A DNA stretch of 64,000 bases from Octopus vulgaris (lineage: Eukaryota), in contig OX597837.1 of NCBI GenBank assembly GCA_951406725.2, positions 5,084,001 through 5,148,000 on the forward strand, given 5' to 3'. A program made the position numbers and the translations under genes. Below, in pieces: positions 26,698 through 41,561 of the stretch (its first letter is position 1; each line of letters begins with the position of its first letter). The notes under the pieces are model-generated. The model had not been told where the DNA came from, ran no database searches, and was given only the letters and a program-made list of their open reading frames with translations.

Positions 26698-27019
26698 TAT
26701 AAGCGGGTGCAGAAAAATTCCTGGCTTTGGATAAAAGGAAATACAGGAGGTTTTTTTTTTTATTTTTATTTTTTTAGTATTAGCTCAGAGCTGCGGCCAT
26801 GCTGATGCACCACTGTTAAAAATTAGGCAAACCAGCCGCTGGATGTCGAAACCCGGTTAATTATGATTTTATTCAACATATTCCCCTTTCAAATTCACAC
26901 ACTTACTGTAGTGGTCCTTCTGTTTTCTTAAGCGCTGTAAAAGAACTTGGAAGTTTGGGTCACCAACCAGGCCTTTCGTGATACCCTTAAAGCCAGGAAT
27001 TTTTCAGTACCTCCTTGTA
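26698..27019 (-). mobile_element. Mariner-derived MITE with both TIRs (family of 7683 and 31293-31460)
   Basis: GGGTGCAGAAAAATTCCTGGCTTT ... AAAGCCAGGAATTTTTCAGTACCT. Transposase C-terminal remnant on the minus strand. Confidence 0.7.
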
Positions 27020-27044
27020 CAGACAGACAGACACACACACACAC

Positions 27045-27440
27045 TCTCTTTACTCTTTTACTTGTTCCAGTCATTTGACTGTGGCCATGCTGGAGCACCG
27101 CCTTTAGTCGAGCAAATCGACCCCGGGACTTATTCTTTGTAAGCCCAGTACTTATTCTATCGAGCTCTTTGCCGAACCGCTAAGTGACGGGGATGTAAAC
27201 ACACCAGCATCGGTTGTCAAGCAATGCTAGGGGGACAAATACAGACACACAAACATATACACACACATACATATATACGACAGGCTTCTTTCAGTTTCCG
27301 TCTACCAAATACTCTCACAAGGCATTGGTCGGCCCGAGGCTATAGCAGAAGACACTTGCCCAAGGTGCCATGCAGTGGGACTGAACCTGGAACCATGTGG
27401 TTGGTAAGCAAGCTACTTACCACACAGCCACTCCTGCGCC
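27045..27440 (-). mobile_element. Full-length CORE-type SINE
   Basis: Head to tail colinear with family copies. An opposite-orientation copy lies at 27905-28295. Confidence 0.85.
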
Positions 27441-27904
27441 TTGCATTCATACAAAATGTATGTCAAATGGCTAACTCACTTTTACATACTCACTGACACA
27501 TACACACTCACACACACATAAACATCATCAGCACAACCACAATCAGAAGAAAGATGGTTATTTGAAACAAACAAATTAAAAACAAAATTGTCTTGATATG
27601 GGGCAATACCACAAGGTACCGTAAACCACATCAAAACATCATCAATTTGAAGAAGCACATTTCTAGACGTAGGTTCTTCATATCAAAGCGGTTGAAGAGA
27701 TTGAATATAATATCTTAAATCTAAGAAACTAGATCCATTTCTGTAAATATTCCTGAAATGCAATGAGGATGTATATTCGCTTGACGTCAGCTACGAGTGT
27801 ATAAAAATGAGTTCATTTTGAAGAATTGCGTCTCTTGAGGTCCCGCTGATGACGTGAATACATGCTCGTGTATATTTTTATGTACATTTATTTCATAGAA
27901 ACAT

Positions 27905-28295
27905 AGGTGCAGGAGTAGCTGTGTGGTAAGTAGCTTCCTAACCAACCACTGCGTGGCATCTTGGGCAAGTGTCTTCTGCTATAGCCACGGGCCGACCAAT
28001 GCCTTGTGAGTGGATTTGGTAGACGGAAACTGAAAGAAGCCTGTCGTATATATGTATATATATATATATATGTATGTGTGTGTATGTGTTTGTGTGTCTG
28101 TGTTTGTCTCCCTAGCATTGCTTGACAACCGATGCTGGTGTGTTTATGTCCCCATCACTTAGCAGTTCGGCAAAAGAGACTGATAGAATAAGTACTGGGC
28201 TTACAGAAGAATAAGTCCCAGGGTCGAGTTGCTCGACTAAAGGCGGTGCTCCAGCATGGCCGCAGTCAAATGACTGAAACAAGTAAAAAAGAAAG
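27905..28295 (+). mobile_element. CORE-type SINE (short internal deletion in head)
   Basis: Family match. Confidence 0.85.
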
Positions 28296-29966
28296 AGAGA
28301 GATAGTCATTTGCAAAAACTGGGAGAAAAATATAAGTACTTATATATATTAATGTGTTTTATCTTGATTGGTTTTCAGTTCATTCCATTCACAGTAGGGA
28401 TTCGTTATTTTTTTTTTTTTGCCTGCGGACAAAAAGTGTGTTACTATCTGGGAGATCTTTATGGCATCAGAAAAGGAACTTTAACTCATCATCATCATCA
28501 TCATAATCATCGTCGTTTAACGTCCGCTTTCCATGCCAGCATGGGTTGGACGATTTGACTGAGGTCTGGCGAACCAGATGGCTGCACCAGACTCCTATCT
28601 AATCTGGTAGAGTTTCTACAGCTGCATGCCCTTCCTAATGCCAACCACTCCGAGAGTGTAGTGGGTGCTTTTACGTGTCACCGGTACGAGGGCCAATCAG
28701 GTGGTACTGGCAATGGCCGCACTCAAATGGTGCTATTTATGTGCCACCTGCACAGGAGCCGGTCCGGCCACTCCTGTTTCTAAATTCGGTGCATGGTGAA
28801 GCAATTAGCTGACCCCCTAATTATAATTATAGAATATTTGTAAATATATACTTTTATTCATTTACTTGTTTCAGTTGTTTGACTGCGGTCATGCTGGAGC
28901 ATCGCCTTTAGTCAAACAAATCGATTCCTAGGACTTATTTTTTATAAGCCTAGTACTTATTCTATCGGGCACTTTTGCCAAACCGCTAATTTACAGGGAC
29001 ATAAACACACCAACAGTGGTTGTCAAGTGATAGTGACAAACACAGACACACAAATAACACACACACACACATACATATATGATGGGATTCTTTCAGTTTC
29101 TGTTCACCAAATCCACTCACAAGGCTTTGTTCAGGCCGAGGCTATAGTAGAAGACACTTGTCCAAGGTGGGACTGAACCCGGAACCATGTGGTTGGGAAG
29201 CAAGCATCGTATCACACAGCCATGTTTATGTCCCTGTAGCATAGTAGTTCAGCAAAAGAGACTGATAGAATAAGTACCAGGCTCACAAAAAAAACAAAAA
29301 AAAAACACTGGGGTTGATTTATTTGACTAAAAAAATCTACAAGGTGATGCCCCAGCATGGGTACAGTTCAAAGACTAAAACAAGTAAAAGATATAAAATA
29401 AAAGTTATATATGATGGGATTCCACACAGTTTCCATCAATGAAATTCACTCATGAGGCTTTGGTGACCTTGGGGCTATAGTAGAAGACATTTGGCCATGG
29501 TGCCACACAGTGGGACTGAACCTGAAACCACGTGGTCGCAAAGCAATCTCCTTAACCACACAACCATTCTTGCACCTATCTTAAAAACAAAATCAAAAAT
29601 AAATAAGGAGACATGAACAGTGTAATCTTAGCCTTGAATAGGAAAAGCTGGGATGGTCAGAGGTGGAACGTCTCAGATCATATGTCTGTTCAATCAGATC
29701 AGATAATAAGGGAGGCTGGGTGGAAATACAAGGAGTGAAAAACAACAACAAATAAACAGTGCCTGAAACACCAGTCTACCCTGGCCCTTCCTATAAAGAA
29801 CCGCCACCCCACCCCACACCACACCTCTGCCGCCAGCCCCCTCACTAAGCCCCAACCTCTCAACACTTGTTTCCCACAGACATCAGTCAACAGAATATAT
29901 ATATACATACTACATACATACATACCTACATACATATACATATATATATATATATATATATACACA

Positions 29967-30014
<48 letters not shown>

Positions 30015-30152
30015 CATACGCATATATATATATATATATACACACAAACACACTTCCACACATACTCATACACACACACACACACATATATGGTGCAACC
30101 AATATAAGGTGGGGGGTGTTTTTGAGATGAATAGACGCACACACACACACAT

Positions 30153-30221
<69 letters not shown>

Positions 30222-30617
30222 CATGTGCATACATACTCACACACATATATATCTATGTGTGTAAAGATAGATATATATATACACACACACATATATATAT
30301 ATGTGTATATATGCATGTGTGTGTGTGTGTGTGTATAATCAGAAAAGGCAGTGTTAAGAGAAAGTTTCCCATGGAATAAAATCCGCATCGCAGTTAGTGT
30401 TGTTATTGGTGTTGTTGTTGTTGTCATTAGCTCTCCTTTAGTACAGTCTAGAGTTAAGCAACTATTGATGTGAGATGTAACAGGATATCTTATACGAGTC
30501 ATTATATACATCATATACACTCACATGCATGTGTGTGTGTGTATATATATCTCTTATGATAAAAAGCATATATATATATATGCAAACTTGTATATATTTG
30601 TGTATGATGCAAGTGTG

Positions 30618-30651
<34 letters not shown>

Positions 30652-30872
30652 TGTATGTATGTATGTATGTATGTATGTATGTATTTATGTATGTATGTAT
30701 ATTTACAGTTAACCCTATAGAGAGTTTGCCTGTGGGGCTTAACTCCAATATAAATATATCAACACTGCATTTATTGAGTTCATCTGTGAATAGTGGAATT
30801 ACCAGCTCTGTAAGAAAGAACATACACCATATATGCATACATATATCTATATAAGCACATAAGTATATATAC

Positions 30873-30942
<70 letters not shown>

Positions 30943-32058
30943 TGATAATAATAATATAAATAATATATATATGCATGTATGCAGGCACGGGAGTGGCTGT
31001 GTGGTAAGTAGCTTGCTTACCAACCACATGGCTCCGGGTTCAGTCCCACTGCATGGCACCTTGGGCAAGTGTCTTCCACTATAGCCTCGGTCCAACCAAA
31101 GTCTTGTGAATGAATTTGGTAGATGGAAACTGAAAGAAGCCCGTAGTATATATATATATATATATGTGTTTATGTCCCCGTAACTTAGCAGTTTGGCAAA
31201 AGAGACTGATTGAATAAGTACTAGGCTTACAAAGAATAAGTCCTGGGGTCGATTTGTTCTATGAAAGAAGGTGCTCCAGCAAATGGCCTGATTGGAGGCC
31301 CAACTTCCGAATTCTTTTACGGGATTTAGAAAAACTGAAGGACCACTGCAATAAGTTGTGAATCTGAGAGAGGAAAATGTTGAATAAAATCATATTTAAC
31401 TGATCCTCCGTATTTTTGTTTTTTTACACAAAGCAAGGAACTTTTCAGCACTCCCTTGCATTATACAATATGCCATTTCCAAATATCCTTTGTTTCATGT
31501 CTAGAACATGAAGTTTGAGGGAGATTTGCTATTTTGGGTAGGTAGTGCTGAGTGACCAACACAGAAACCTCCTTGCCTGTTGCTCAATGGAAAGACCAAC
31601 CTTTGCCATCATCCATAGGTTAGGAACCTTAATTCCAATGACTATTTCTAACCTTAGTACGAGGCCAGCAATTTTTAAGGGAGGGGGACAAATCGATTAC
31701 ATTAACCTTAGTATTTTTTTTTATTATCCCCTTCCCCAAAAAGTACGAAAGGCAAAGTTGCCTCCTGTAGGATTTGATCTCAGAAAAAAAAAAAGGAGCT
31801 GGAAGGAATGCCACTATGCACCACATGATATGACCTCAGGCCACACTTTCACATACCAATGTTAATCAATTTCTTTTGTTTCTTGCACTGTTAGAATAAT
31901 TACATCCACCCACCACCACTGCACCCATTCACCTCTCCACTCCCATAGCTACGAAAATATGAAGAGGAGATGGTGGAGTAGGGGGCAAAGCCAGGCCCAA
32001 AAATCTGAGATCTAATTAACATATGTTATTCTGTTTTTATTTCAATTAACAATATCCT

Positions 32059-32096
<38 letters not shown>

Positions 32097-33074
32097 AAAA
32101 AAAAAATAATAATAATAATAATCCCTTCTACTAAAGGCACAAGGCCTGGAACTTGGTGGGAGGAGACTAGTCAATTACTTCGACCCCAGTACTCAACTGG
32201 TACGATTTTATTGACCTCAAAAGGATGAAAAGCAAAGTCGACCTTGGTGGAATTTGAACTTAGAACGTAGCGATGGGTGAAATACCGTTAAATATTTTGT
32301 CCAGCATGCTAACGATTCTGCTAGCTCATCACCTTAATAATAATAACAACAACAACAACAACAATAATAAGTGGCTCTCGTGGCTTCTGATCTTAACTGA
32401 TTGGAAGTGTTATCATGTACATTGTTTTGTCTTGATATAAAAGATGGGCTACAGCAAATATTCTGCTCAATACCACAGATTTGCTTGTCAGTTGTTTGAC
32501 CTTAACCAGTTGAGCATGTCCCTTAGTGGCTGACGATATGTGCATCTCTGATCATGAGCAGAAGTAGTGGGGGAGCATCATAGCCATGTGTTGAGAGGGA
32601 TTCTTTGGGGTTTGAATAATTCACCTCTGGAAACATGGGTGGTTCGTTCAACATCCTTAAACAGCCCTTATTCAGGGACGTTTTGAGCGGGATGGGTTAC
32701 TCGACCAGAAGAAAATTCTAACTGGGCCCCACTAACTGGGACCCACCAGCAAGGTCATGTGCTGTTTATCTTGATATGAGATCACCGTGTCGCGCACATA
32801 TGGTTGTGATGCATGTGCCTGGTGTTCTTGTTTTTGTTGATGCTTGTTATTACTTTTGCTACTGCTATTGTTGTTGCTGTTGTTGTTGCTACTGCTGTTG
32901 TTGTTGTTGCTATTATTGTCATCATTACACTGTTCTTTTAATTGCTTCTGTCACTAAATGTTACATAAGTTGAACCAAGATTCCCCCCCAAACGTGCAAT
33001 GTTTCCTCCAGGCATCACACACCATACACTAACAATAAATAAACAACATCATCCACACATCATCATCATCATCA

Positions 33075-33132
<58 letters not shown>

Positions 33133-33568
33133 CATTATTATTATTATTTTTACAATGTCAAAAACAGAAGGTGATTTATTCCTGAATTTGGAAAGCATTT
33201 TATTTTTTATACATATCGTTACTGATGAGATTGGCTCGTTAAGGAAACTCATTTTCTTTTTCATTTAATTTTTTCATCAATGACATGTGGCCTCTTATGT
33301 AAGCTTACATAACGTATGATTTAATTATTCAACAACGACAACAACGACAACATCAACGACTATGGTGAGGATGATGATCATAAGGTGATTAGGGAAAATC
33401 CTGAAATATTTCTAATGAAAACAGAAAATAAAACCACATTAGTCATGGTTAATGTGATTTCTTTTTAAAATAAATGTGTCAGAAGCTTGTGTTTGCTTCT
33501 CAACAGTGTGGCCTCGATAAGAGTCGCATTGTGTGCCACCTTGGGCAAATGTCTTCTTTTTACTATAG

Positions 33569-33670
33569 ACCATTGGTTCTCAAAGTGGGCGCTACTGCCC
33601 CTCCTCCCAGTGGGCAATGAGACGGTCCAGGGTCCAGGTGGGCATTGGTGCCTAAGGGGGCAGTGGGAGG
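33569..33670 (+). mobile_element. hAT-like MITE 5' end
   Basis: CATTGGTTCTCAAAGTGGG resembles CAGTGGTTCTCAA hAT-Charlie termini. It interrupts a SINE. A reciprocal-type end GAGAATCACTG occurs at ~1049-1059. Confidence 0.4.
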
Positions 33671-33979
33671 CAGTAGAGAAAAAGGAGGTGTTGGGAGGAA
33701 GGCAGTGGATTGATCTGCATTTGTCTTCGTTCCAGCACACGATCTCAGATCAGGTAACTTGCTATGCAAGTACATCTCCATGAATTTATAATATTATTGT
33801 TTTAGTATTGTATACAGGAGTGGCTGTGTGGTAAGTAGCTTGCTTACCAACCACACGGTTCCGAGTTCAGTCCCATTGCATGGCACCTTGGGCAAGTGTC
33901 TTCTACTATAGCCTCAGGCCAACCAAAGCCTTGTGAGAGTATTTGGTAGACAGAAACTGAAAGAAGCCCGTCGTATATA

Positions 33980-34026
<47 letters not shown>

Positions 34027-35805
34027 ATGTTTGTGAGTCTGTGGTTGTAAACTTCTGACACATTTATTCTAACATCGCTTGACAACTGATGCTGGTGTGT
34101 TTGTGTCCCCATAACTTAGCGATTCTAAATTACAGGAACTGGAGGCTAAATTACAGTAACATTCGTCCTAAACCAAGACTACCATGTTATGTTGGCAAAC
34201 AATCTTTACTGCAAAAATGAATGTTTTTGTTTTTTTATTAATTCAAAGATAATTTTCTCAAGGATCTGTCCAATACTGATCACAGTAGTATTGACCAGTC
34301 TAATTACTGGTTAGTAGCCAAAATTGTCATATGGTACTTGAGTATCAGAAAGAACCCCTTCTGGTACTGAATGTCTTATAATCCTTGAATGCCAGGAAGG
34401 AATTTCATGCATTTATCCATCAATAAACAGGTCTTTTCCCTTAAGTTTTGATAGCCTTTATCAGGTTGCATTCCAAACAGTTTTCTTGTAAATATTTCAA
34501 CTGGAACTGAAAACTGAATAATTGTAAGACTTACAATCATACAATTTTATCAGATTTGATAAACAAGTCATTTGATTTCCTGATAATTTCCAACAAATGC
34601 ACCAAGATCCTTCTAGCATCTGTTGTGGCATTTCCTGTATTTAATGTATTTTATGAATGTACAAATATCTTCAAAAGATTTTAAGATTTTATTAAAGGGT
34701 GGTTTCTTTGAAACTAATGGGAAAATCCTTCTTGTATCTGTTATGGAATTATCTGAATTCTATGAATGTATAAAGATCCTCTTTAACCCATATCCGGCCC
34801 AATATATTCTACATGTTTTATAGTCAAACTGGCCATATCTAGCTTCTCACACCTAACCGACAATGCCATTCTAAAAATAAACACTCACATCATTGACACC
34901 TCAAAGCTGTAAGATAATCCAGGATTAATCCAAAACAATTTGAGTGAAAAAGTATTACATTTAACAGAGTAATCTGAACACTAAAGAGTTAAAGGGTTTT
35001 AAGAGTTTATTAAAGGGTGGTCTCATATTTGTTTTAAATCAAAACTTATCAGGGTTACTGTTGTTATATACACATGTATGTGTTATTGATTACTGAGTTC
35101 AATATTGGACAAATTAGCAAATATACATATCCTTCAGAAAATAACCCCCTAAGTAAGAAAAAAAAAAGATTTCATCATTATCTCTAAGAATATAAGAACC
35201 ATGCTTTACATTCAAGGTTCATAAGAAAAATTTTGCTTACAAATCAAAAATTAGACTCATCAGCATTATATATATATGTATTACTCATGCTAGCAAGGAA
35301 AGTGGACGTTAAACAATGATGATAATGATGATGATGATGAGGAGGAGGAGGAGGAGGAAAATGATGATAATGATGATGATGATGATGATGATGAGGACTT
35401 CTTTATTTACATCTACCCCTATAACAGCCTTAATAGCTTACCTTTTGGTTTTTAAATTTTACTGACTGATTATATTGATGGCTGGACTTTGGTCAATCCC
35501 ATTATGGACAACAGGTGGTTGGTCTTTATAATATATTAGCAAGTATCTTAATGTAATTAATTTATACACATGTTATTTGGATAAATATTAATTAGTACTA
35601 TTTACAAAATCCTAAGTACTATTCTTTTTCTAGACCTACTGGCGAATCTTGTTATACTAAAGTACTTGTTTCATTTTTTTTTATTTATACACCTGGTTAC
35701 CTCTACAGAAAGATTAACCCGCTAATTAATTTTCTAGATTAGTCATTTGCTCAACCACTTGAAGTGTTACACTGCAAAATGGTATGATTCAAATATATTA
35801 AGTCT

Positions 35806-35924
35806 TCTTTCTGATGAAGGTCCATGTACCAGATTGGATATGCTATAGAATATGATGAATATTATACTCAGAATTTTTTTTTGCAGTGCTACGGGACATT
35901 GGAAGCAGAAACGGGTGTTAGAAG
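35806..35924 (+). ncRNA. Type I hammerhead candidate with long helix II insertion
   Basis: UCUUU-CUGAUGA-AGGUCCAUGUACC...GGGACAUUGGAAGC-A-GAAAC-GGGU-GUU^AGAAG. Helix I and the base of helix II are imperfect. Confidence 0.5.
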
Positions 35925-36158
35925 TGTTAAAGTTTTTCATTAAAAAATAATAATCGATGGTAGTCATTTTGCTTTTGATCAAGAATTTTCTCCATTTCCT
36001 GCTTAATTTAAATTTGATCCCTGATAAACTCTTGTTTATTTTGCTATTGCCTGTATCCTATGAGCATAATATGCTTTCATATGTACGCCCCAGGTTAACA
36101 TAGTGAAGTTATACCAGTAGTAAAAACAGATATTCTTATACCTTAGATGGTTATTGTA

Positions 36159-36196
<38 letters not shown>

Positions 36197-36522
36197 AAAA
36201 CACAGATATATGCATATACATATATATATATATATACATACATATATATACCTATACACACATATATATACTGACACATGTATATACATACATATATATA
36301 CACACATATGTACATATATATACATAGATATATATATACACATGCACACACACAAATATATATATATATATACACACACACACATATATATATACATACA
36401 TATACATATGTTTATATATTCACACACACACACATATATATATATACATTCGCATACATACATACATATATACATGCATGCATACATACATACATACATA
36501 CATACATACATACATACATACA

Positions 36523-36553
<31 letters not shown>

Positions 36554-36582
36554 GTATAGAATGCTAGGTGTGGTGTACAGAA

Positions 36583-37064
36583 ATTGAATATTGAGAAAAA
36601 AAAGTCGTCAGAATTTTGGAAAAAAAACTTCTTTATTTCTTCATTATGATTAGCGCTTTCATTTGTTTCCCAAACTTGTCAAATAGAATTTTGTGATTGT
36701 ACAAACAGCTTGTTCATTTATATAAAACAGATGTTTTTTCTGGATTTGTTGAGAAGAAGAGAACTTTTTTGGTTTTTTTTTTTGGTGAGCTTCCATGACA
36801 ATGGAGATAGATAGAAATATAGGTAGGTATATTTCTATCTATCTCCATTGTCATGGAACCTCACCCCAAAGAACGAAAAAAGTTCTCTTCTAAACAAAAC
36901 CACAAAAAAAAACCCATCTGTTTTATATAAATGAACAAGCTGTTTGTAAATTCACAAAATTTTATTTGACAAGTTTGAGAAAGGAACAAAAGCACTAATC
37001 ATAATGAAAAAAATAACGATTTATTTTTTCCAAAATTCTAATAACTTTTTCCTCAATATACAAT
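36583..37064. repeat. ~480 bp palindrome / foldback element
   Basis: Arms of ~235 bp around a centre at ~36823. The inner TTCCATGACAATGGAGATAGATAGAAATATA / TATATTTCTATCTATCTCCATTGTCATGGAA pairs perfectly. Confidence 0.85.
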
Positions 37065-37299
37065 ATATATACATACATATATATATGTATACATAAAATA
37101 ATATCCCGGACGAGCCCCAACATTATAGAAACACTGCCAGATCTGACACAGCCTTCCAGCTTCACAGACCCCAGTTGACCCGTCAACCATGCTAGCATGG
37201 AAGTGGACGCTAAACGATGATGATGATGATGATGATGATGATGATACACATATACACACATATAAACACACATATATATATATACATAAATAAATATAT

Positions 37300-38110
37300 G
37301 CTTTTGCTCTTTTACTTGTTTCAGTCATTTGACTGCGGCCATGCTGGAGCACCACCTTTAGTCGAGCAAATAGACCCCAGGACTTATTCTTTGTAAGCTT
37401 AATACTTATTCTATCGGCCTCTTTTGCTGAAATGCTAAGTTACAGGGACGTAAACACACCAGCATCGGTTGTCAAGCGATGTTGGCGGGAGACAAACACA
37501 GACACACACACACATACATATACATATAGGCGCAGGAGTGGCTGTGTGGTAAGTAGCTTACTTAACAACCACATGGTTACGGGTTCAGTCCCACTGCGTG
37601 GCATCTTGGGCAAGTGTCTTCTGCTATAGCCTCGGGCCGACCAAAGACTTCTGAGTGGATTTGGTAGACGGAAACTGAAAGAAGCCTGTCGTATATATGT
37701 ATATATATATATGTGTGTATATGTTTGTGTGTCTGTGTTTGTCCCCCTAGCATTGCTTGACAACCGATGCTGGTGTGTTTACGTCCCCGTCACTTAGCGG
37801 TTCGGCAAAAAGAGACCGATAGAATAAGTACTGGGCTTACAAAGAATAAGTCCCGGGGTCGATTTGCTCGACTAAAGGCAGTGCTCCAGCATGGCTGCAG
37901 TCAAATGACTGAAACAAGTAAAGGAGTAAAAGAGTATACATATATACAATGGGCTTCTTTCAGTTTCTGTCCACCAAATCCACTCAGAAGTCTTTGGTAG
38001 GCTTGACGCTACAGTAGAAGACACTTGCCCAAGTTGCCACACAGTGGGACTGAACCCGGAACCATTTGGTTGGTAAGCAGGCTACTTAACCACGCAGCCT
38101 CTACTGCACC
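37300..38110. mobile_element. Nested CORE-type SINEs: plus-strand copy (37528-37935) inside the microsatellite of a minus-strand copy
   Basis: Minus-strand 3' half at 37300-37527 and 5' half at 37940-38110 flank a complete plus-strand copy. Confidence 0.85.
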
Positions 38111-39439
38111 TATATATATATAAACAAATATATATATTTACAAATGTATAAACGCATAGATATAAATACGTTATATATACATACACACACATACACACAC
38201 ACACATCAGTGTATAACATACGTACAATGAATACACATTTTATTGAAACGGTTTCTTCCATACACTTAGTGAGAACTCAACTAACCCGTTCGGCACCAGA
38301 TCCTTATCAATGTATAAAGTTGTATAAAATCTAAATATCCAAAACATTGCCTGGCAGGAAGTTCCTCCACCCATTTCAGGAGGGGTGGTCCTCCATTCCA
38401 GACATGTTTCAACAACTTGTCAATGGAATCTTGGAAAACTTACTTCCACAAAATTCTTACCAAATTCTGAATCATTCGACATTTCTCCACCTTTTGTTCT
38501 CCTTCTCTTCTTTCACTTTCTCACTGTCTCACTCTCTCACTGTCTCTCTTTCTTTTCCTCCATTTCTTTCTCTTTCTCTCTCTCTCTCTCTCTAAATTTG
38601 TCTTTCCTCCCTCTCTCTCAGTGAATCTACCTCATATATACACTCTCCTTCACTCATCTTTCTCTCCTACTCACCCCCTCTCTTTCTCAGTGTCTGTTTG
38701 TTTACCTTCTCTCATCTCACTCTCTCTTTGTATCACACTCTTTCCCTCTCTCTCTCTCTCTTTGTTTCTCTTTCACACACACTCTCACTCTTCTCTCTCA
38801 TTCTCTGTCTGCTTTCCTCTCTTTTTCTTTTACCCTCTCTCTCCTTCTTTATCACTCTGTCACTTTCTGTGTATCTATCTTATACAACACTTTCTCTCTC
38901 TCTCTCACTATCTGTTTGCTTCTCTCTCTCTCTGTATATCTATTCCACACTCATTTTCTTTCTTTCTTTATTTGTCTGTCTGTCTGTGCCTCTTTCACTC
39001 TCAGTGCCTCTTTCACTCTCAGTATATCTGCTCAGATGTGGAAGCACAATGGCCCAGTGGTTAGGGCAGCAGACTCGCAGTCAGAGAATTGTGGTTTCAA
39101 TTCCCAGACCGGGCGTTGTGTGTGTTTATTGAGCGAAAACACCTAAAAGCTCCACAACGCTCCGGCAGGGGGTGGTGGCAACCCCTGTTGTACTCTTTTG
39201 CCCCTACTTTCCTGTTTCTTGAGTAATGCTGCAATGGACTGGTGTCCCGTCCAGCTGGAGGGAACACTTGCACAACAGAAACCGGGAAACTGGGCCCATG
39301 AGCCTGGCTAGGCTTGAAAAGGGCGCATAAAAGAAAAAAAGAATATCTGCTCAGACATACACTCTCTCACTATCTGTTGTGTTTGCCTCTGTCTGTCTGT
39401 CAATCTATCTATCTACCTATCTATCTATCTTTTTGTTTG

Positions 39440-39478
<39 letters not shown>

Positions 39479-39479
39479 G

Positions 39480-39518
<39 letters not shown>

Positions 39519-39566
39519 GTCTATCTATCTATCTATCTATCTATCTGTCTATCTATCTATCTATCA

Positions 39567-39610
<44 letters not shown>

Positions 39611-39683
39611 CTCTCTCTCTCTCTCTCTAATTCTAAATTCTTGTTTTTCTCTTTCTATCCATTTCTCTCTGTCTTCTGTGTAT

Positions 39684-39714
<31 letters not shown>

Positions 39715-41002
39715 GCACACACACACACACACACACTTTCTTCTCTCTCTTCCCTCCTCCCCCCTCTCTTATTTATATTTCATGTAAATAAGGTGAATTT
39801 GTTTATTTTTACTTCCTAAAACAGGAGACTGCATATCTCACGTCCACCCCGATCCATCACATTTTTGTTAGAAGTATTTTGCTGTTGCTCTTATTGTTCA
39901 CCCCTAGCCCAACCCTGAATAAGAAAACTCACAAACAAAGACATTCCAACCGTGACCATCCCACATTTTCCCTATGTACAAGGAACTCAAGACCATATCA
40001 TGTATCATCTCCATTTTTAAGATAGTAAGGTATATTTGAGGGAGATCTGACTACTATTTCTAACAAGTCTAGTAACTATATAGTGGCTCCCTAACTGTTT
40101 CATTTTTACAAAGACTTAGAGACTCATGAGAAGGTGTGAGGAGACAGAAATTACCGGTACTTTATGTAACTGGGTCCTTTATGTAACTGGGTCCTAAAAA
40201 TGAAAAACAGAGTCAACCTCAACAAGATTTAAACTCAGAATATAAAGGACTGGATGGCAATTTCAATGGCTCATTAATAATTAAGGGAAGATTAGGGTTG
40301 ATAATATATTGCTTTCTAATTTTGGCATAAGGCCAGCAATATTGGGGAGGGGGTAAGTTGATTACATTGACCCCCAGCACTTAGCTGCTACTTATTTTTA
40401 TCAACCCTGAAAGGATGAAATGCAATGTAAAGACAGATGCAGTGGTAGATGGTAGATGGAAACTGAAAGAAGCCCACCGTGTATATATATGTATGTGTGT
40501 ATATATGTTTGTGTGTCTGAGTTTGTGCCCCCAACATCATTTGACAACCGATGCTGGCATATTTACGTCACTGTAACTTAGCAGTTTGGCAAAAGAGACC
40601 GATATAATAAGTACTAGGTTTACAAAGAATAAGTCCTGGAGTCCATTGTGTGACACCTTGGGCAAGTGTCTTCTACTATAGCCTCGGGACAACCAAAGCC
40701 TTGTGAGTGGATTTAGTTGATGGAAACTGAAAGGTGCCATGCAGTGGGAATGAACCCAGAAACATGTGGTTTCATAAGCAAGATACTTACCACATAGCCA
40801 CTCCTATGCCTGAAGAATTTATTTATATAACTTAGTAATTATTAAGCCAGTACTTGGAATATAAATTAATAAGAAATTGAGATGGGAAGTTTTAATTTAG
40901 ATCGCTTTAAAAAAGAAAGTAACTCAGAACCAGTTCCAATCTCATGTTTGTTCCAGAACACATAAACTGATAGAATCATACAAAACCTAACCATTTTATT
41001 AT

Positions 41003-41561
41003 TATGCGAGCAAAACGCACCCCACCCCTCCGTCAAATGGACGGTGCTGAATCATATCTGCTGAATAAAAAGCAATCAGTGTTTTCTTTTCATTAAAAAA
41101 TAATTCAGCATGCCTTTATTTCAATAAAATTTTTGGTTTTGTTAAATGAAGTTAAGGCAAAAAAAAAAAAATTGAGAAACCAAATAATCTTTCCTTCCTT
41201 CATGCCAAGTTTGAAGAAAATATCTCTCTTGCATCTTACTTTTTTGGTCTCTTAAATATGCTGCATTTTGTGGCATTAATTCAAGCCAGCTGGCTTTTTT
41301 GCGCAAACTGCACATGCATTTTTCTCGCGTACGTGTAGTATTGATCACAACAGCTGATGTACTTGCACGTACAAATGCACGTTCCCAAGGCTTTATCGAT
41401 CGCATTCTCACCTGGAATCGATTTTTGTAATTTTTTCAAGATTTATACATGCCCTGATACCATCGATATCTACATATCAAATTTGAGCGCAATCGGATGG
41501 AGGATGCCCAAGATCCTAGAAGACACACACAGACAGACAGAACAGATTTTATATAATAGAT
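41003..41561 (-). mobile_element. Non-autonomous Helitron/Helentron-like element
   Basis: Minus strand starts A|TCTATTATATAAAATCTGTTCTGTCTGTCTGTGTG and contains a CCGATTGCGCTCAAATTT motif. No clear CTAG 3' end. Confidence 0.5.

Noticed and set aside
27686-27740. GCGG-TTGAAGA-GATT..AATC..GAAACTAGATCC possible decayed HHR
   Set aside because: It needs several assumed mutations in the core and helix I.
38345-38440. AWQEVPP..SSIPDMFQQLV, resembling a Tc1 transposase C-terminus
   Set aside because: Short, needs a frameshift, and no TIR was found.
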